Origin: Stegostoma tigrinum
Taxonomy: Eukaryota
Reading direction: 5' to 3'
Assembly (NCBI RefSeq): GCF_030684315.1
Contig: NC_081391.1
Location: 13,679,342 to 13,743,341 of the forward strand
Length of the DNA stretch: 64,000 nt
Shown one piece after another: positions 38,577-50,578 of this stretch (position 1 is its first letter; each line of letters begins with the position of its first letter). The notes under the pieces were generated by a model. It ran no database searches and had not been told where the DNA came from. It worked only from the letters and a program-made list of their open reading frames with translations. Made by a program: the position numbers and the translations under genes.

Positions 38577-41500
38577 ATAGTTCTGACTGATCTGGGAGGC
38601 CATCACCAGGATTGTGAAGCTGCTGTCAACAAGCAGATTAATGTGGAGCTCACTGCCTCCTATCTCTATCAGTCTTTGGTGAGTGCTGTCTCTCGGGGTT
38701 AAACATATAAATCTGTTCTGTTGAAGTAAATTCTTTGCCTGGCCTCTAGTGAAGCTGACAATCTAGTAGATTGAGGTTTTGTGGCTCCTACCTAAATATC
38801 AGTTCAGGATAGAGGTGGTGTTACTATCACGATGGTGTAGGATACTGATGTATGTTAACTCAGGTCCCAGTTGGCCTTCAGTGGTATCTGGAGGGTAAAA
38901 GCCTCTTGCTTTTGTTTTCTTTCTGACACAAGTTTCCTGACTTCATTTGCCTGATCTCTGTGGTGGTCCTAAACAAACATGCTGATTTTTTTTAACACTG
39001 ACAATAACAATAACTTCCCTGTTGCAGTGGCCCTTGTTAGTCTGAACAAACCTGAGGCTAGTCTGTGACTGGTATCTATTTTATGTGGATCTCCTTCATT
39101 GAGGCGGACTTGGCTTTACTTGTATTTATTCAAGAGGTGGGTGTGGCCTATCCCGTCCCTACTGAGAGTGGATCTGCTGTGTGTGAGAAATGTTGGATCC
39201 CCTCTCCACCCCACCCCACCCCACACTGGGGCTGCAGGAATGTGCTGAGGCGATTAGCCCAGTGACATTGAAGAAATGGAGGTTGTTCCCATATCATTTA
39301 GCTTGACCTAAAACAAAATGTCCCCTCTATCCTGGTGGTGATGTGACTGTGCCCTTCCAAGGAGTAGAATGTGCTTGGAAGGTCTGTGTTGAAGTAACCT
39401 TGGTGAGTGCTGCAGGGGACCTGGTAGGTCATGGACCCTGAAAGGAGGTGGTGAATGCAGTCCCCATGAAGTGGGCTGCCCTGTCCTGGATGGTGTCTGC
39501 TTCTTGCATGTTGTAGCTCCCCTTCTACAGACACATGGGGAATATTCATCTCCCTCTGGGCTTGTGCCTATTGGAAGGAAGTTGTCTTGTAATGAGGACT
39601 AAGTCCCTATAAGCCTCACTTGGGAGGTGGGACCGCTTTATTGGTGAGCCAGTTGTTGGGGTTTAATCACTGTGTCCCACCTCTACTGGCACATGCTTCC
39701 CAAGGATAAAATCCCGACTATCTTCTGCCACAACTTGTAACTACCCACTGAAACCACAGATATTTGCTTGCCTGAGTGTGGTTTTTGGATTTGAGGATTC
39801 AAGTAACTTTTCAGGAGTCCTTCACCAGAATGCAACTCTTAGCTGATGCTTCCAATAGCGAGCATTAGCTCTTAAACCCTTGCATCGAATTGTGAACGTG
39901 ACAGTTTAGATATGAGTCACATGGGCTGAAAACCGACAAGATTTTTTGCCTGTTTGGGTAAAGTCAGGGCAAGTGTTTTTCCAGGTTACTGTTTTCACTC
40001 GTGACGTTATCTACAGGCCACTAATAGTTGACATTTGATCATTTGTTTTGCAATTTGTTTCAGTCATGTGACTTGGTGCAAGCTTTTGACAGCCTGAGTT
40101 TGCACTATTTAGGCAGAGCAATAACCCACTGCTGCAACGATCCAAAGGCTGTTACTGGGCAGGCTTTCCTCGGCATTATCTTAGTGCCAAACTCCAAACT
40201 GGAGACAGCACACCTTTGTAGAGTTCATGTGTACACTTACATCCCAATCTCATTGATCCTGGGTTTGCAGAAAACATGCTCCCTACTAGTCGTTGACTAC
40301 AGCAGGGTTTCAACATCTTTTTTTCCAGTTTTCCCCAAAGGCAAAACATAGTACCTTGCGTCTTGTAGTTGAGAACTGGAATGGGGAGTGAGCCAGTGAT
40401 GTCTGATGTAATTTTAACTTGATCTTCCAGATGTCCTACTTTGACCGGGATGATGTTGCCCTCGCCCATGTCTCCCGGTTCTTCAAAGATCAGTCCCAGG
40501 AGAAGCGGGAACATGTAGAAAAGCTGCTGAAATTCCAGAATCAGCGTGGAGGCCGAGTCCTCCTCCAGGATGTGAAGGTTGGGGTTGGGTGGTGGGGGAG
40601 TGCAGGGGGGAATGGCTGCTCTTGCGGTGTCATCTCCAGTGACAAGATTTTCAGATCCTGAGCGAGTGTGAGAAGTTCTTTTGCTTGGCTTCCCTGTTTG
40701 CTCTCCTCCATCTCCAGTGTTTCAGCATTTATGCAAGCCCTCTGGTCCACCAGGCCTATGCTGACCCAGCAAAGACCGAACTGTACTCACCCTGTTCTTG
40801 GTCCAGGCCCTACTATACCCTAGTGTTTAGCACTCGCCCAGCTAGTCCTTTAAACAGTGCTGCAGTAGCCGTTTCCAGCACTTTGTTCTTCCGTTCCCCA
40901 ACACACCCACCAAATTTCCTCCAATCCCCTCTATCCTTCTTCCTCAAACCTGTGCCCTCTGGTCTTAGTGTCTGCCATGGGGAAGACATTTTCCCCATCT
41001 ACTGTCCAGACTTCCTTGTCTTCCATCAAACAACCACCTCAGCCTCACCTGCTCAAAGAAAATCCCCCAGCCCATCCAATCTCTCTCCTCAATGGATTTT
41101 CTGTCGTGGGGAAACAACCTGGGGACCCTCACCAGCACCCCCTGCAGTACCATCCTGTCCTTCTGACTAGTGAGGACAACGATAGAATGCAGCAGAGGCC
41201 GGAAGAAGAATTTTCATAAAATGTGTTCAAAGGACTTGTTCCTGTGCTGTTCCTCACAACCCTGCCCCAAACTAACACATGTTACTTGGCCTATGTCCCC
41301 TTTCACACACAGTTTGCCTTGTGTGAGCATTGAGGGATCGATGATCCTGTGTTTATTGTAAGCACATTACTGCCCCCCACAATGAATTCAAGTCATGATG
41401 GTTCTGACCATGCTGCTCGGGCATGTATGAGGCCACAAGCACAAGTGAGACTTGAACCTCAGCCTTGTCAACCGAAGCTTGGGACACGACCGCTACTTCC

Positions 41501-42730
41501 CCCACAGCCCTTGGGATTCACTCCTGAATATCCTTTTTAAGACTCCAGCAGATGGACACTGGTGCAAATGACTAATCTGGTACATATTTATTCCCTGTGG
41601 TACAAGGATACGTTCCTGAGCTTCCGGCTTCAGGTCAAGGATAAATGGGGCAAGGTGAAAGGAGTCACCAAGTAGCTAATGTTTTCTTTATCTGGACTTC
41701 AGGGATGGCACAGTGGCTCAGTGGTTGGCACTGTTGACTCAGTGCCAGGGGCACCAGTTTGGTTCTGGCCTGTGACAAGAATTTAAACGTTATCCCAAAG
41801 CATGGCTTCCCCACACAGTAGAAAAGAGGATTGGCAACTTGAAATGCAGGTTACACGAACAGGGTGGGAATGGGACCAGATGGGATGCTCTTCAGCAGTT
41901 ATGGTCTCAATGGGGTGAATGGCCAGCTCCCATGCTGCAGGGATTCTGTTTCTGAAGCTTACCTGTCCTTCTCTCCATCCCCAGAAGCCAGAGAGGGATG
42001 AGTGGGCTAACAGTCTGCAGGCAATGCAGGTTGCCCTGAATCTGGAGAAGAATGTGAACCAGAGTTTGCTGGATCTACACCAACTCGCCACAGCCCAGAC
42101 TGACCCTCATGTAAGCTTCACCTCCTCATTCACATCACTGCTAGACCCTCAGGGTAACATTTCATTGGTTGGTCTGTGTGGATTGGAAATTCACTGATGT
42201 AACACTTTCCATCCATTACTTTCCTGAACTATTGTAACATTGTAATCAGTATGATCCCAAGTGATCAATGAGGTATAAGGGGAATTTGATCTATAATCTA
42301 GTGGAAGTGCTGAAATGACGTTGGCCACTGAGTTCTTCATTAGTATCATTGCAGTGGAATGATCATTGTCCATCACAATCCAACTCAGCTCCATTTCACA
42401 AACAGCAAGATGGAGCAGCTGACATGTTGTCCTCACTGGCACAAATTCTCCAGGTGTTAGCTCGCTTTTCAGGGCTGTCCAGAGCTAGTCATGGCTAAGT
42501 CTGTCTTGCAGAGGGAATTCTGAAATTGTCTTGGATAGTATAAATGTACCAAGTGTCATATTCCTCTGTTGCAGCTGTGTGACTTCCTGGAGACTCACTA
42601 TTTGGATGAGGAGGTGGAGATCATCAAGCAACTCGGGGACTACATCACCAACCTGAAGCGCCTGGGAGCCCCTGAGAATGGGATGGGAGAGTACCTGTTT
42701 GACAGGCTCTCCCTGGAGGACAGCAGTTAG
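38577..42730 (+). pseudogene. Ferritin copy 5 (type B'), start codon destroyed by a 27-bp inversion, rest of frame open; exons 38577-38678, 40431-40577, 41985-42110, 42575-42730
   Basis: 38577-38603 is the reverse complement of codons 1-9. The remaining exons, splice sites, TATA (38484) and AATAAA (42858) are intact. Translation from upstream in-frame ATGs at 38505/38508 remains possible. Confidence 0.75.
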
Positions 42731-44929
42731 TGTGGCCTGGAGTACTGTCTGCTTGTTCTGAATGCATTCCCCACTTCACCCTGGGCAATCTGGCTCCATC
42801 CAGGGAGAAGGGACTTGTAGCAAACAATGTAATGGCTGTACCAGCTGAATGGGAATGAATAAAATGTATTGATGTTGCTTATTGTCCATCATTGAGACCC
42901 TTGATATTAAAGAGCTTTTGAGAGCTTCAAGCCTGTAATTTTGGCTAATGAAATTATCAATAATTTGACAAAATATTTCCCTGGTCTTCTCTCCAACACA
43001 CCCCCGCCTCAGTCTCGGAAATCCCGAGGAACTTCCTCTGTTATGAATCAAAGTTATTCCTCCAGCCAGAGCATGAGGTTGGGGCCTGTGGGGTGTAAAA
43101 TCACTTTGTACTATTATCTCACACCCAGGAATGATGAATACACGTGCAGCTAAAATTTTGTATTGTTTTCAAAAGAGAAAACACGCCTGCATGTGCAAAA
43201 GAAAGACTTGACACCCACTTTCAGAGAAACAGGGCTGTTGAATGCTTATTTTCATGTCTAGCTTGCATAGCAATAGCTTCCCTGTCAACCTCCACCAACC
43301 TAGACTGATGCTAAAGTCAACTGAAATCACAAGTTGATGCCAACATAAATTATGTGCCGGCTGGCTCAGCTTGCCTCAACAAGAGCTTAAGGGAAGAGAT
43401 CCATCAGCGACCCCTCTCTAGCCTTGTGGAGGAGCCAGCAATGCTGGGAGCAATAATATTAAACTTAGCAACTGGGGTCTGCCACACCTGGTCTATTCTA
43501 CTCGAATCATTTTTATGACTTTGTGCTGAGAGTGCATCCTAGAACTTGAGGTTGGGGCCTGTGGGCAGGAAAATCACTTTTTGCGATTATCTCACAGCAC
43601 GTACAATGAATACACATGCAGTTAAGATTCTCGGTGAGCCAGTTGAGGTTCAAGCCAAGACCAGCCGTGTGCCCTGCTGACCACCGCCACCAACTGCCTG
43701 CCTCAGGACAGCCATCAGCAGTTGCTCACAGTGACCAGTTCATTTGTTCCTTCGCCTGAGGAATATGTGCTGCTCTCCCCGGGGATGTGGATTAAATACC
43801 CATTGTAGCTCGACAAGAGAATTCACACGGGGGGAACCGTTTGCCATGAGTAATCCAAAGCTGTCCTAATGTGGCTTTGCTCCATTTACTTTCTTGCTCT
43901 CTGCCAAGTCTTGGTCAAAAACCCCACCACGCCTAGTAATAAACTTCAGGCCGGCCAGCCCAGAGCTGGGAATATTCAGCACAAGTCTGCTTGAAAAAAT
44001 TCACCTGAGCTGGATGCACTTAATGGCACCTACAGCAGGATAATAGTGACCTGGGAATAACACAGCAACGCTCCTGGTTAAATGCTGCCATTTGATTGGC
44101 TCTTGCTGCTAAAGCCAGCATTGAGCGCACTAAGCTGCTCCCTTGGTTCCTCTGAGCTTCCCCCACGGGGAGGGTTACTCCTGATGCAGGTTGATTTCAC
44201 CCGATCACATTGAAGGAGCAGTGTGACTCAGGGAGGAGAACTGGAGATGCTGACTTTCCTGAATGGCTGCTTCCTTTATCTTTCGAGGTGTCAGAGATCG
44301 TGGTTTAGGGTGGGGGCTGTCAGAGACATCCTGGGGAATGTTTCAGGGAGTTTTGCAGCGAGTGCACACTGCAGCCTTCACTGAGGTGTGGGTCTTTAAG
44401 GCACTGAATGTATTTGTTCCACCACATAAAGTGTTTTATTTTAAACAATCTTGAGTCTTGGCTGTAGAATCCCTGTCGTGCAGGAAGAGGTTTTTCAGCT
44501 CATTTCGTCTGCACTGATCCTCTGAACAGCATCTTGTTCAGACACACCCTGCCTTCTTACGCCATCTTTCCCATGGCCAGTCCAAAATAAACTGCATGTC
44601 TTTGGACTGTGGGAGGAGGTCCACACAGGCACGGGGAGGATGTGCAGCCTCTACACGTGACTGGAATTGACCCCAGGTCCCTGGCACGAGGGTTCAGTAA
44701 TGCTAACCATTAAAATACCCTGTTTGCATACAATTAGAGTTAATGACTCATTCCATATGCAAACAGACCCTTCGGCTACTCCAGCATTATTCCTAACTTC
44801 AGTCTTATCGATGGTGGACAGACTCTGAAAAGTCTGATGTAGAGTTATTCACAACAGAATTCCCAGACTCTGACTTGGTCTCAAAGCCATGAGCTCATTA
44901 ATTGGGATTGACCTTTGCCCATGGTTTCT

Positions 44930-46115
44930 TAGAAAATAGAACCTAGAACAGTACAGCACAGTTCAGGCCCTTCAGCCCACGATGATGTGCCGAACGTTTA
45001 TCCTAAACCCAAGGCCTGTCTCACCTCCACTACTTTATGCTATCATCCATATGCTTATCTAATAGCCGCTTAAATGCCCCTAACGAGGCCGACTCCACTA
45101 CACTCTCCGGAAATGCAATCCATGCCCCGGCCACTCTCTGAGTAAAGAACCTACCTCTGACATCTCCTCTGTATCTACCTCCACTCACTTCAAAACTATG
45201 CCCCCTCATAATAGCTAACTCCATCCTAGGAAAAAGTCTCTGGCTGTCTAATCTGCCTATACTTATGATCATTTTGTACACCTCTATCAAGTCACCTCTC
45301 ATCCTTTGTTCTGAAGAGAAAAGCCCTCGTTCTCTCAACCTTTCCTCGTAAGACCTTCCCTCCATTCCAAGCAACATCCTGGTAAATCTCCTCTGCACCT
45401 TTTCTAACGCTTCCACATCTTTGCTGGAATGAGGTGACCAGAACTGGACACAATACTCCAGATGTGGCCGAACCAGGCTTTTGTCTAGCAGGAGCATAAC
45501 TTCACAGCTCTTGAACTCAATCCCTCTATGAATGAAAGCTAACACACCACATGCCTTCTTAACAACTCTATCCACCTGGCTGGCAGCTTTCAGGGAACTG
45601 TGGACATGAACCCCGAGATCCATCTGCTCCTCCACACTGCCAAGAATCTTTCCATTAACCCTGTATTCTGCTTTCAAATTTGTCCTTCCAAAATGAATCA
45701 TTTACCAAAATCATAAATAGAAGAGGACCCCGAACAGACCCTTGAGGTACACCACTCATAACTGAGCACCATGTTGAATATTTTCAGTCAACTGTCACCC
45801 ATGTCTTCCATGGGTCAGCCAATTCTGAATCCAATCTGCCTCATTTCCCCCGTCGCATGCCTCCTGACTTTCTGCCCGAGCCTGCCATGGGCAACCTGAT
45901 CAAACGCCTTACTTCAATCCATGTATCCCACATTCACTGATCTACCTTCATTCACATGTTTGGTCATCACTTCAAAGAATTCAATCAGATTTGTGAGGCA
46001 TGATGTGATCATTAATTCTGTTTCTTAGAGTCCTTCCCATTAATTTGCCAACCACTGGCATAAGACTAGCTGGCCTGTAATTTCCAGGGTTACCCCGATT
46101 CCCTTTTTTGAACAC
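44930..46115 (-). mobile_element. Minus-strand CR1 LINE upstream of copy 6, with internal deletions
   Basis: Paralog of 19395-20802; ORF 45030-45701. Confidence 0.9.
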
Positions 46116-47564
46116 ATGAATAATATTCACATTTGTCCTTCAAAGCAAAAAGATAGCACTAGACTGCAACCTGCTATTTGAAGCAGATATTGAGTAAAAG
46201 TAACTTGCTTCCACCAGTCTGTACATCAGTGCTGTGATCATACTCGAACGTTCATTGGGGATCCTCAATTCCCAAAGCCTCACAGGCCACCAGTGCATGG
46301 GAGGCTGCTCCATTCAACGCAGTTGCTGAGCCATACATTCTACAGAATGTAATGTAAACAGGACCAGAAACTCTCCACTTGGAAACATGCTGGACTTAAG
46401 CTCTCGATCTACTTCAAACAATTAAAAATCAAACTTTGCGATAGAAAGTTTGCATGTGCTATACATTTCCAGCAGCAATGTAGACAGGGAGGTGTGAGGT
46501 CTACTATGCAGGAGAGGCACTCAGCACATTTAGCACCTTGCTTTTCAAACTGCACTTCATGAACCCAACGTCAAGGAGATCACAGCAGATTCAGAATGGA
46601 TCCACAAAGGAATGAGCTTCCTGTATGAGGTAACCCAAAAGCACATTGTTTCTGTCGCTGCACAGCAATAAGAAAATGTTTATTGTTAACAAAATCTGGC
46701 CATTTTTCAATGGGCTCCAACGCTGTTATTCAACAAGTACAAAGACTAATCCCTCAGAGTAACAAACTGACAGAATTCTGCCAATCTGTGATCAGTGTGT
46801 CTTAAGATATAATCTCAGACACAATTGTGAACTTCTAGAGTATATTTTATTGTCATTTTCACAGAGAAATATTTCCAGAATTTGCACTTGTGCAGGAGGT
46901 CAAAGGTCATTCAGCAATTCCATCATCGACCAGTTGTCAATTCTGATCGTTTTCTGGATCCAATTCCCATCCTGCACTGATTGGACGTGGCAGCTGATCA
47001 ATTGATTAACAAGAGTGATTGGCCATCACTGATGATGTCATTTCCTGCTTCATAAAATGAGAGTCTGCTCCTGGAGTATAAGTCATGCCCCAAGGACGTT
47101 ATGTTTTTTTGTCTAGTTGATGTTGGTTCTAAATTGGTCACTTATGTCGTGAATAGAGTAAAACAAACTCCTCATCACAAGATGGCCTCCCTGATTAGTC
47201 AGAACTATCACCAGGATTGTGAAGCTGCTGTCAACAAGCAGATTCATGTGGAGCTCACTGCCTCCTATCTCTATCAGTCTTTGGTGAGTGTTGTCCCTAG
47301 GGGGTTAAAACTTGATCTATGTAGTTGCAGTAAATGGTTTCTCTTGAATTTAAATAACTGGACTCTCTCTGGTCGACTGAGTTTTGTGGTCCTTTCCTAA
47401 ATATTAATTCAGGATAAGGGCAATGTTACTATACCAATGGGGTTTGATAATGATGTATTCTGAAGCTGGGTCCCAGTTGGCATTTGGAGATATGTGGAGG
47501 TTTAAGTGTCCCTGGAGATATTTGCCAGTTTTGATTGGCAGTAGATGTCATTCCCTCTAAGATT

Positions 47565-47690
47565 ACACAGCAGGCTGAGCAGGAAGGCTGATGTTTTGGG
47601 GCTTAACCCTTCTGAAGGTGTGTCTAGGCCCAAAACATCAGCTTTCCTGCTCCTTTGCTTGGCCTGATGTGTTCATTCAGCTCTACATCA
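47565..47690. mobile_element. Inverted pair of Penelope-like pseudo-LTR fragments in intron 1 of copy 6
   Basis: gagcaggaaggctgatgttttgggg...ccttc-t-gaagg...cccaaaacatcagctttcctgctc; the arms match the end of the element at 23200-23290. Confidence 0.6.
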
Positions 47691-50324
47691 TTGTATCTCA
47701 AGGGGTAGAGTGTGTTTGGAAGTTGTGTTGAAGTAACCTTGGTGAGTGCTGCAGGGGACCTGGTAGATAATGGACCCTGAAAGGAGGTGGTGAATGCAGT
47801 CCCCATCAAGTGGGCTGCTCTGTCCTGGATGGTGTCTGCTTCTTGCAAGTGGCAGCTCCACCTCCACAGACACATGGAGAAGCTTCATCACACTCAGCTT
47901 TTTTCTCTTAGAAAGAAGATGCCTCATGACAGATGGATGAAGCCTGTGTAAACTCCATTTGGGAGGTGGGTACAGCTTTCATTGGTGAGCTAGTTGATGG
48001 GTGTTAATTCCTGACCAGGGTCCCAATTCCCTTGGGGAACATGTGTGCCAATTCTAAAATCCTTCCTATTCTCTCCTGCCACAGCTTGTCCCTACCCCAA
48101 TTAAACAGCCAAGAAATTTTGTTTGACTGCTTCTGCTTCAAGAAAGTAACTTCCCACCAGGTTTCCTCAACAACAAAACCCTTAGCTCCTGTTTCAAATA
48201 TCAGAAGAATCGCCCTTCATAAACCTCAAGGCATTGGATTGTGAATATCTCGGTTCGGAAGTGAGTCACATATGGGTGGACAAACAACAGAACGCTGCCT
48301 GCTGGAATAAGCCAAACTCTGGTGTCCAGCTTTGTGTTAACTAGTGATGTTAGATCAGCCATTATCTGGAGGTACATGTCGCATTGGCCTGCTCCCTCTC
48401 TCCCTCTCCCCCCCCGTGTGCTCTTGTGGTCATGTGACCCTTGTTTTCTCCCCCCCGACCCCTTCTGGATGTGAGTGCACTAATTTTAGTGTGCTATAAA
48501 CTATAGCTGCAACAATCCAGAGGCTGTTACTGGGTAGGTTTTCCTTTGCACTCTCTTGTTGTCGCTTTCTCTCATTCGCCTCTACTATATCTTGTAGTAA
48601 TAAAATATACCGTACACTATCTCCCTGGTTTTGAGGCCGCAGAAACCTTGCTTCCTCCTGGTTATATTGTTACAGCAGTGTCTAACATGCATTTCCATGC
48701 CAGCCCCAAAGGAGCAATAGTGTTGCAGCTCCGCTACTCAACTATAGCCTGCACTCCAGCTCCTGGTGCTTGTTTCAGCTGTTTTTTAGGCTCTAAATTT
48801 GTCCAATTCAAATGAAGGTTAGTGAGTGAAAACATGGCTGGATGCAAGAAGAGCTATAATGCTGTGCCAGACAGCCTGAGCAATTCACTGTTTTAAGCCA
48901 AACTTTTGCCAGTTTCCAATAGGAAATTGGGATTGTTGTGTTAGTTCCCAGTTGAAGGATCTGCTGGCCAGCTGGATATCAGCGGATTCTCAACCATGTT
49001 CACATACCAGGCAGTTAACAGCTAACTGAGCAGTTAGCTTGCTGCAGAAGGCTGAACTAGAATTTGGAGTCAGTGCTGTGTTCAATGGGCTTTAACATGT
49101 TCTCTCCCTTCCAGATGACCTACTTTGACTGGGATGATGTGGCCCTCCCCCACTTCTCCCAGTTCTTCAAAGATCAGTCCCAGGTGAAGCAGGAACCTGC
49201 AGAGAAGCTGCTGAAATTCCAGAATCAGCGTGGAGGCAGAGGCTGAGTCCTCCTCCAGGATGTGAAGGTTGGAGTTGTGTGGGAGGGTTGCAGCTGTGGG
49301 GAAGAGAATGGCAGCTCTTGTGGTGCTGCTTCCTGTTGGGATGTAAAAATCCTCTTTTGGCCTGGCTTCCCTGTTTGATTTCTTTTGAAGGCAGTTTCTA
49401 AACTAGCCCTATTGTCCACCATGTCTATGCTGCCCACAAACCTCAAACTACATTAACACAATTTCCTTGCACTTAGTCCACAGCCTACTATCTTCTGGCA
49501 TGAAGAAGTTGTTGAGATTAGGCTTCAATGTTGCTGGAGTAACTTCCTCCACTGACCCCTCAGGTCATGCATCCCATACCTCTCCCACCCTCCATTTATC
49601 CTCCAATCTCCTCAAACCTGTGCCATCTGGTCTTCATGTCTGCCACAGGGACTGTCTATTGTCCATGCTCCCTGATCTTCCACACTTCCATGAGATAACC
49701 ATCCCAGTCTATCCAACCTCCCTCTCATCATTGTTTTTTTTGTCAGTTTTCTTCCCCCATCTTGGGCCAACATCCTGATGACCCTCACCTGTACCCCCTC
49801 CAGTGTCACCCTGTCCTTCTGATTGTGGTTCTGGTCACCACACTACATTCCTTCTTTGGTCTGGCCAATGCTGCCATGTTTATGGCAAGACTCATCCTTT
49901 TTACTGATCCCCAACTCCTGGAGACCAGCATCATGTCAGCCCCTTCCCCACTCTGTCTACCTTTGCTGAACCTTGAGGGATGGCCTTGGGCATTTGTTGC
50001 TTGTCCCTTTTACTGTAAGCACATTGCTGCTCCCTTCAATGAATTAAACAGCAGTGATGTCTGATCATCCTGCTCAGACATGTATGAAGCCACTGGCACA
50101 GGTGAGACATAGATGCCTGGCCTGCAAGGTCCAGATTGGTACTCTACCTCAAGAGCCCTTGAGACTAAGGTGTGAATGTCCTGATCTAAATGACAAATGG
50201 GCACTGGTGCAAACAGTTTAACTTTGTGTGAAATAAATCCCTGTCCCCACAATGACTTCATGCTTCAGATCAAGGATAAATGGAGCAAAGTGAAGTCACC
50301 TACAAGTCATCAATGTGGGTTTTA

Positions 50325-50578
50325 GGGGTGGCACAGTTGCTCAGTGGTTAGCACTGCTGCCTCAGTGCCAGGGACACAGGTTTAGCTCTGGCCTCTGGTG
50401 ACTGGTGCTGACAAGATCAGTTTCTTCCTACAGTCCAAATATGGGCAGGCTGGGTGAAGTAGCTGTGGGGGAAATGCAGGGCTATGGGATCAGGTAAATC
50501 TGAGATCTGCTTCAGAAGGTTGATTGCAGACTCAATGGGCTGAATGGCCTGCTCCCATGCTGCAGGGAGTCTGATTCT
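50325..50578 (+). mobile_element. tRNA-derived SINE at the 3' end of intron 2; paralogs at about 7030-7260, 15621-15866, 25360-25670, 33590-33820, 41701-41947, 59160-59385
   Basis: Head ggcacagttgctcagtggttagcactgctgcctcagtgccaggg; tail gactcaatgggctgaatggcctgctccc...gattct, ending just before the exon-3 branch point/acceptor. Confidence 0.65.
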
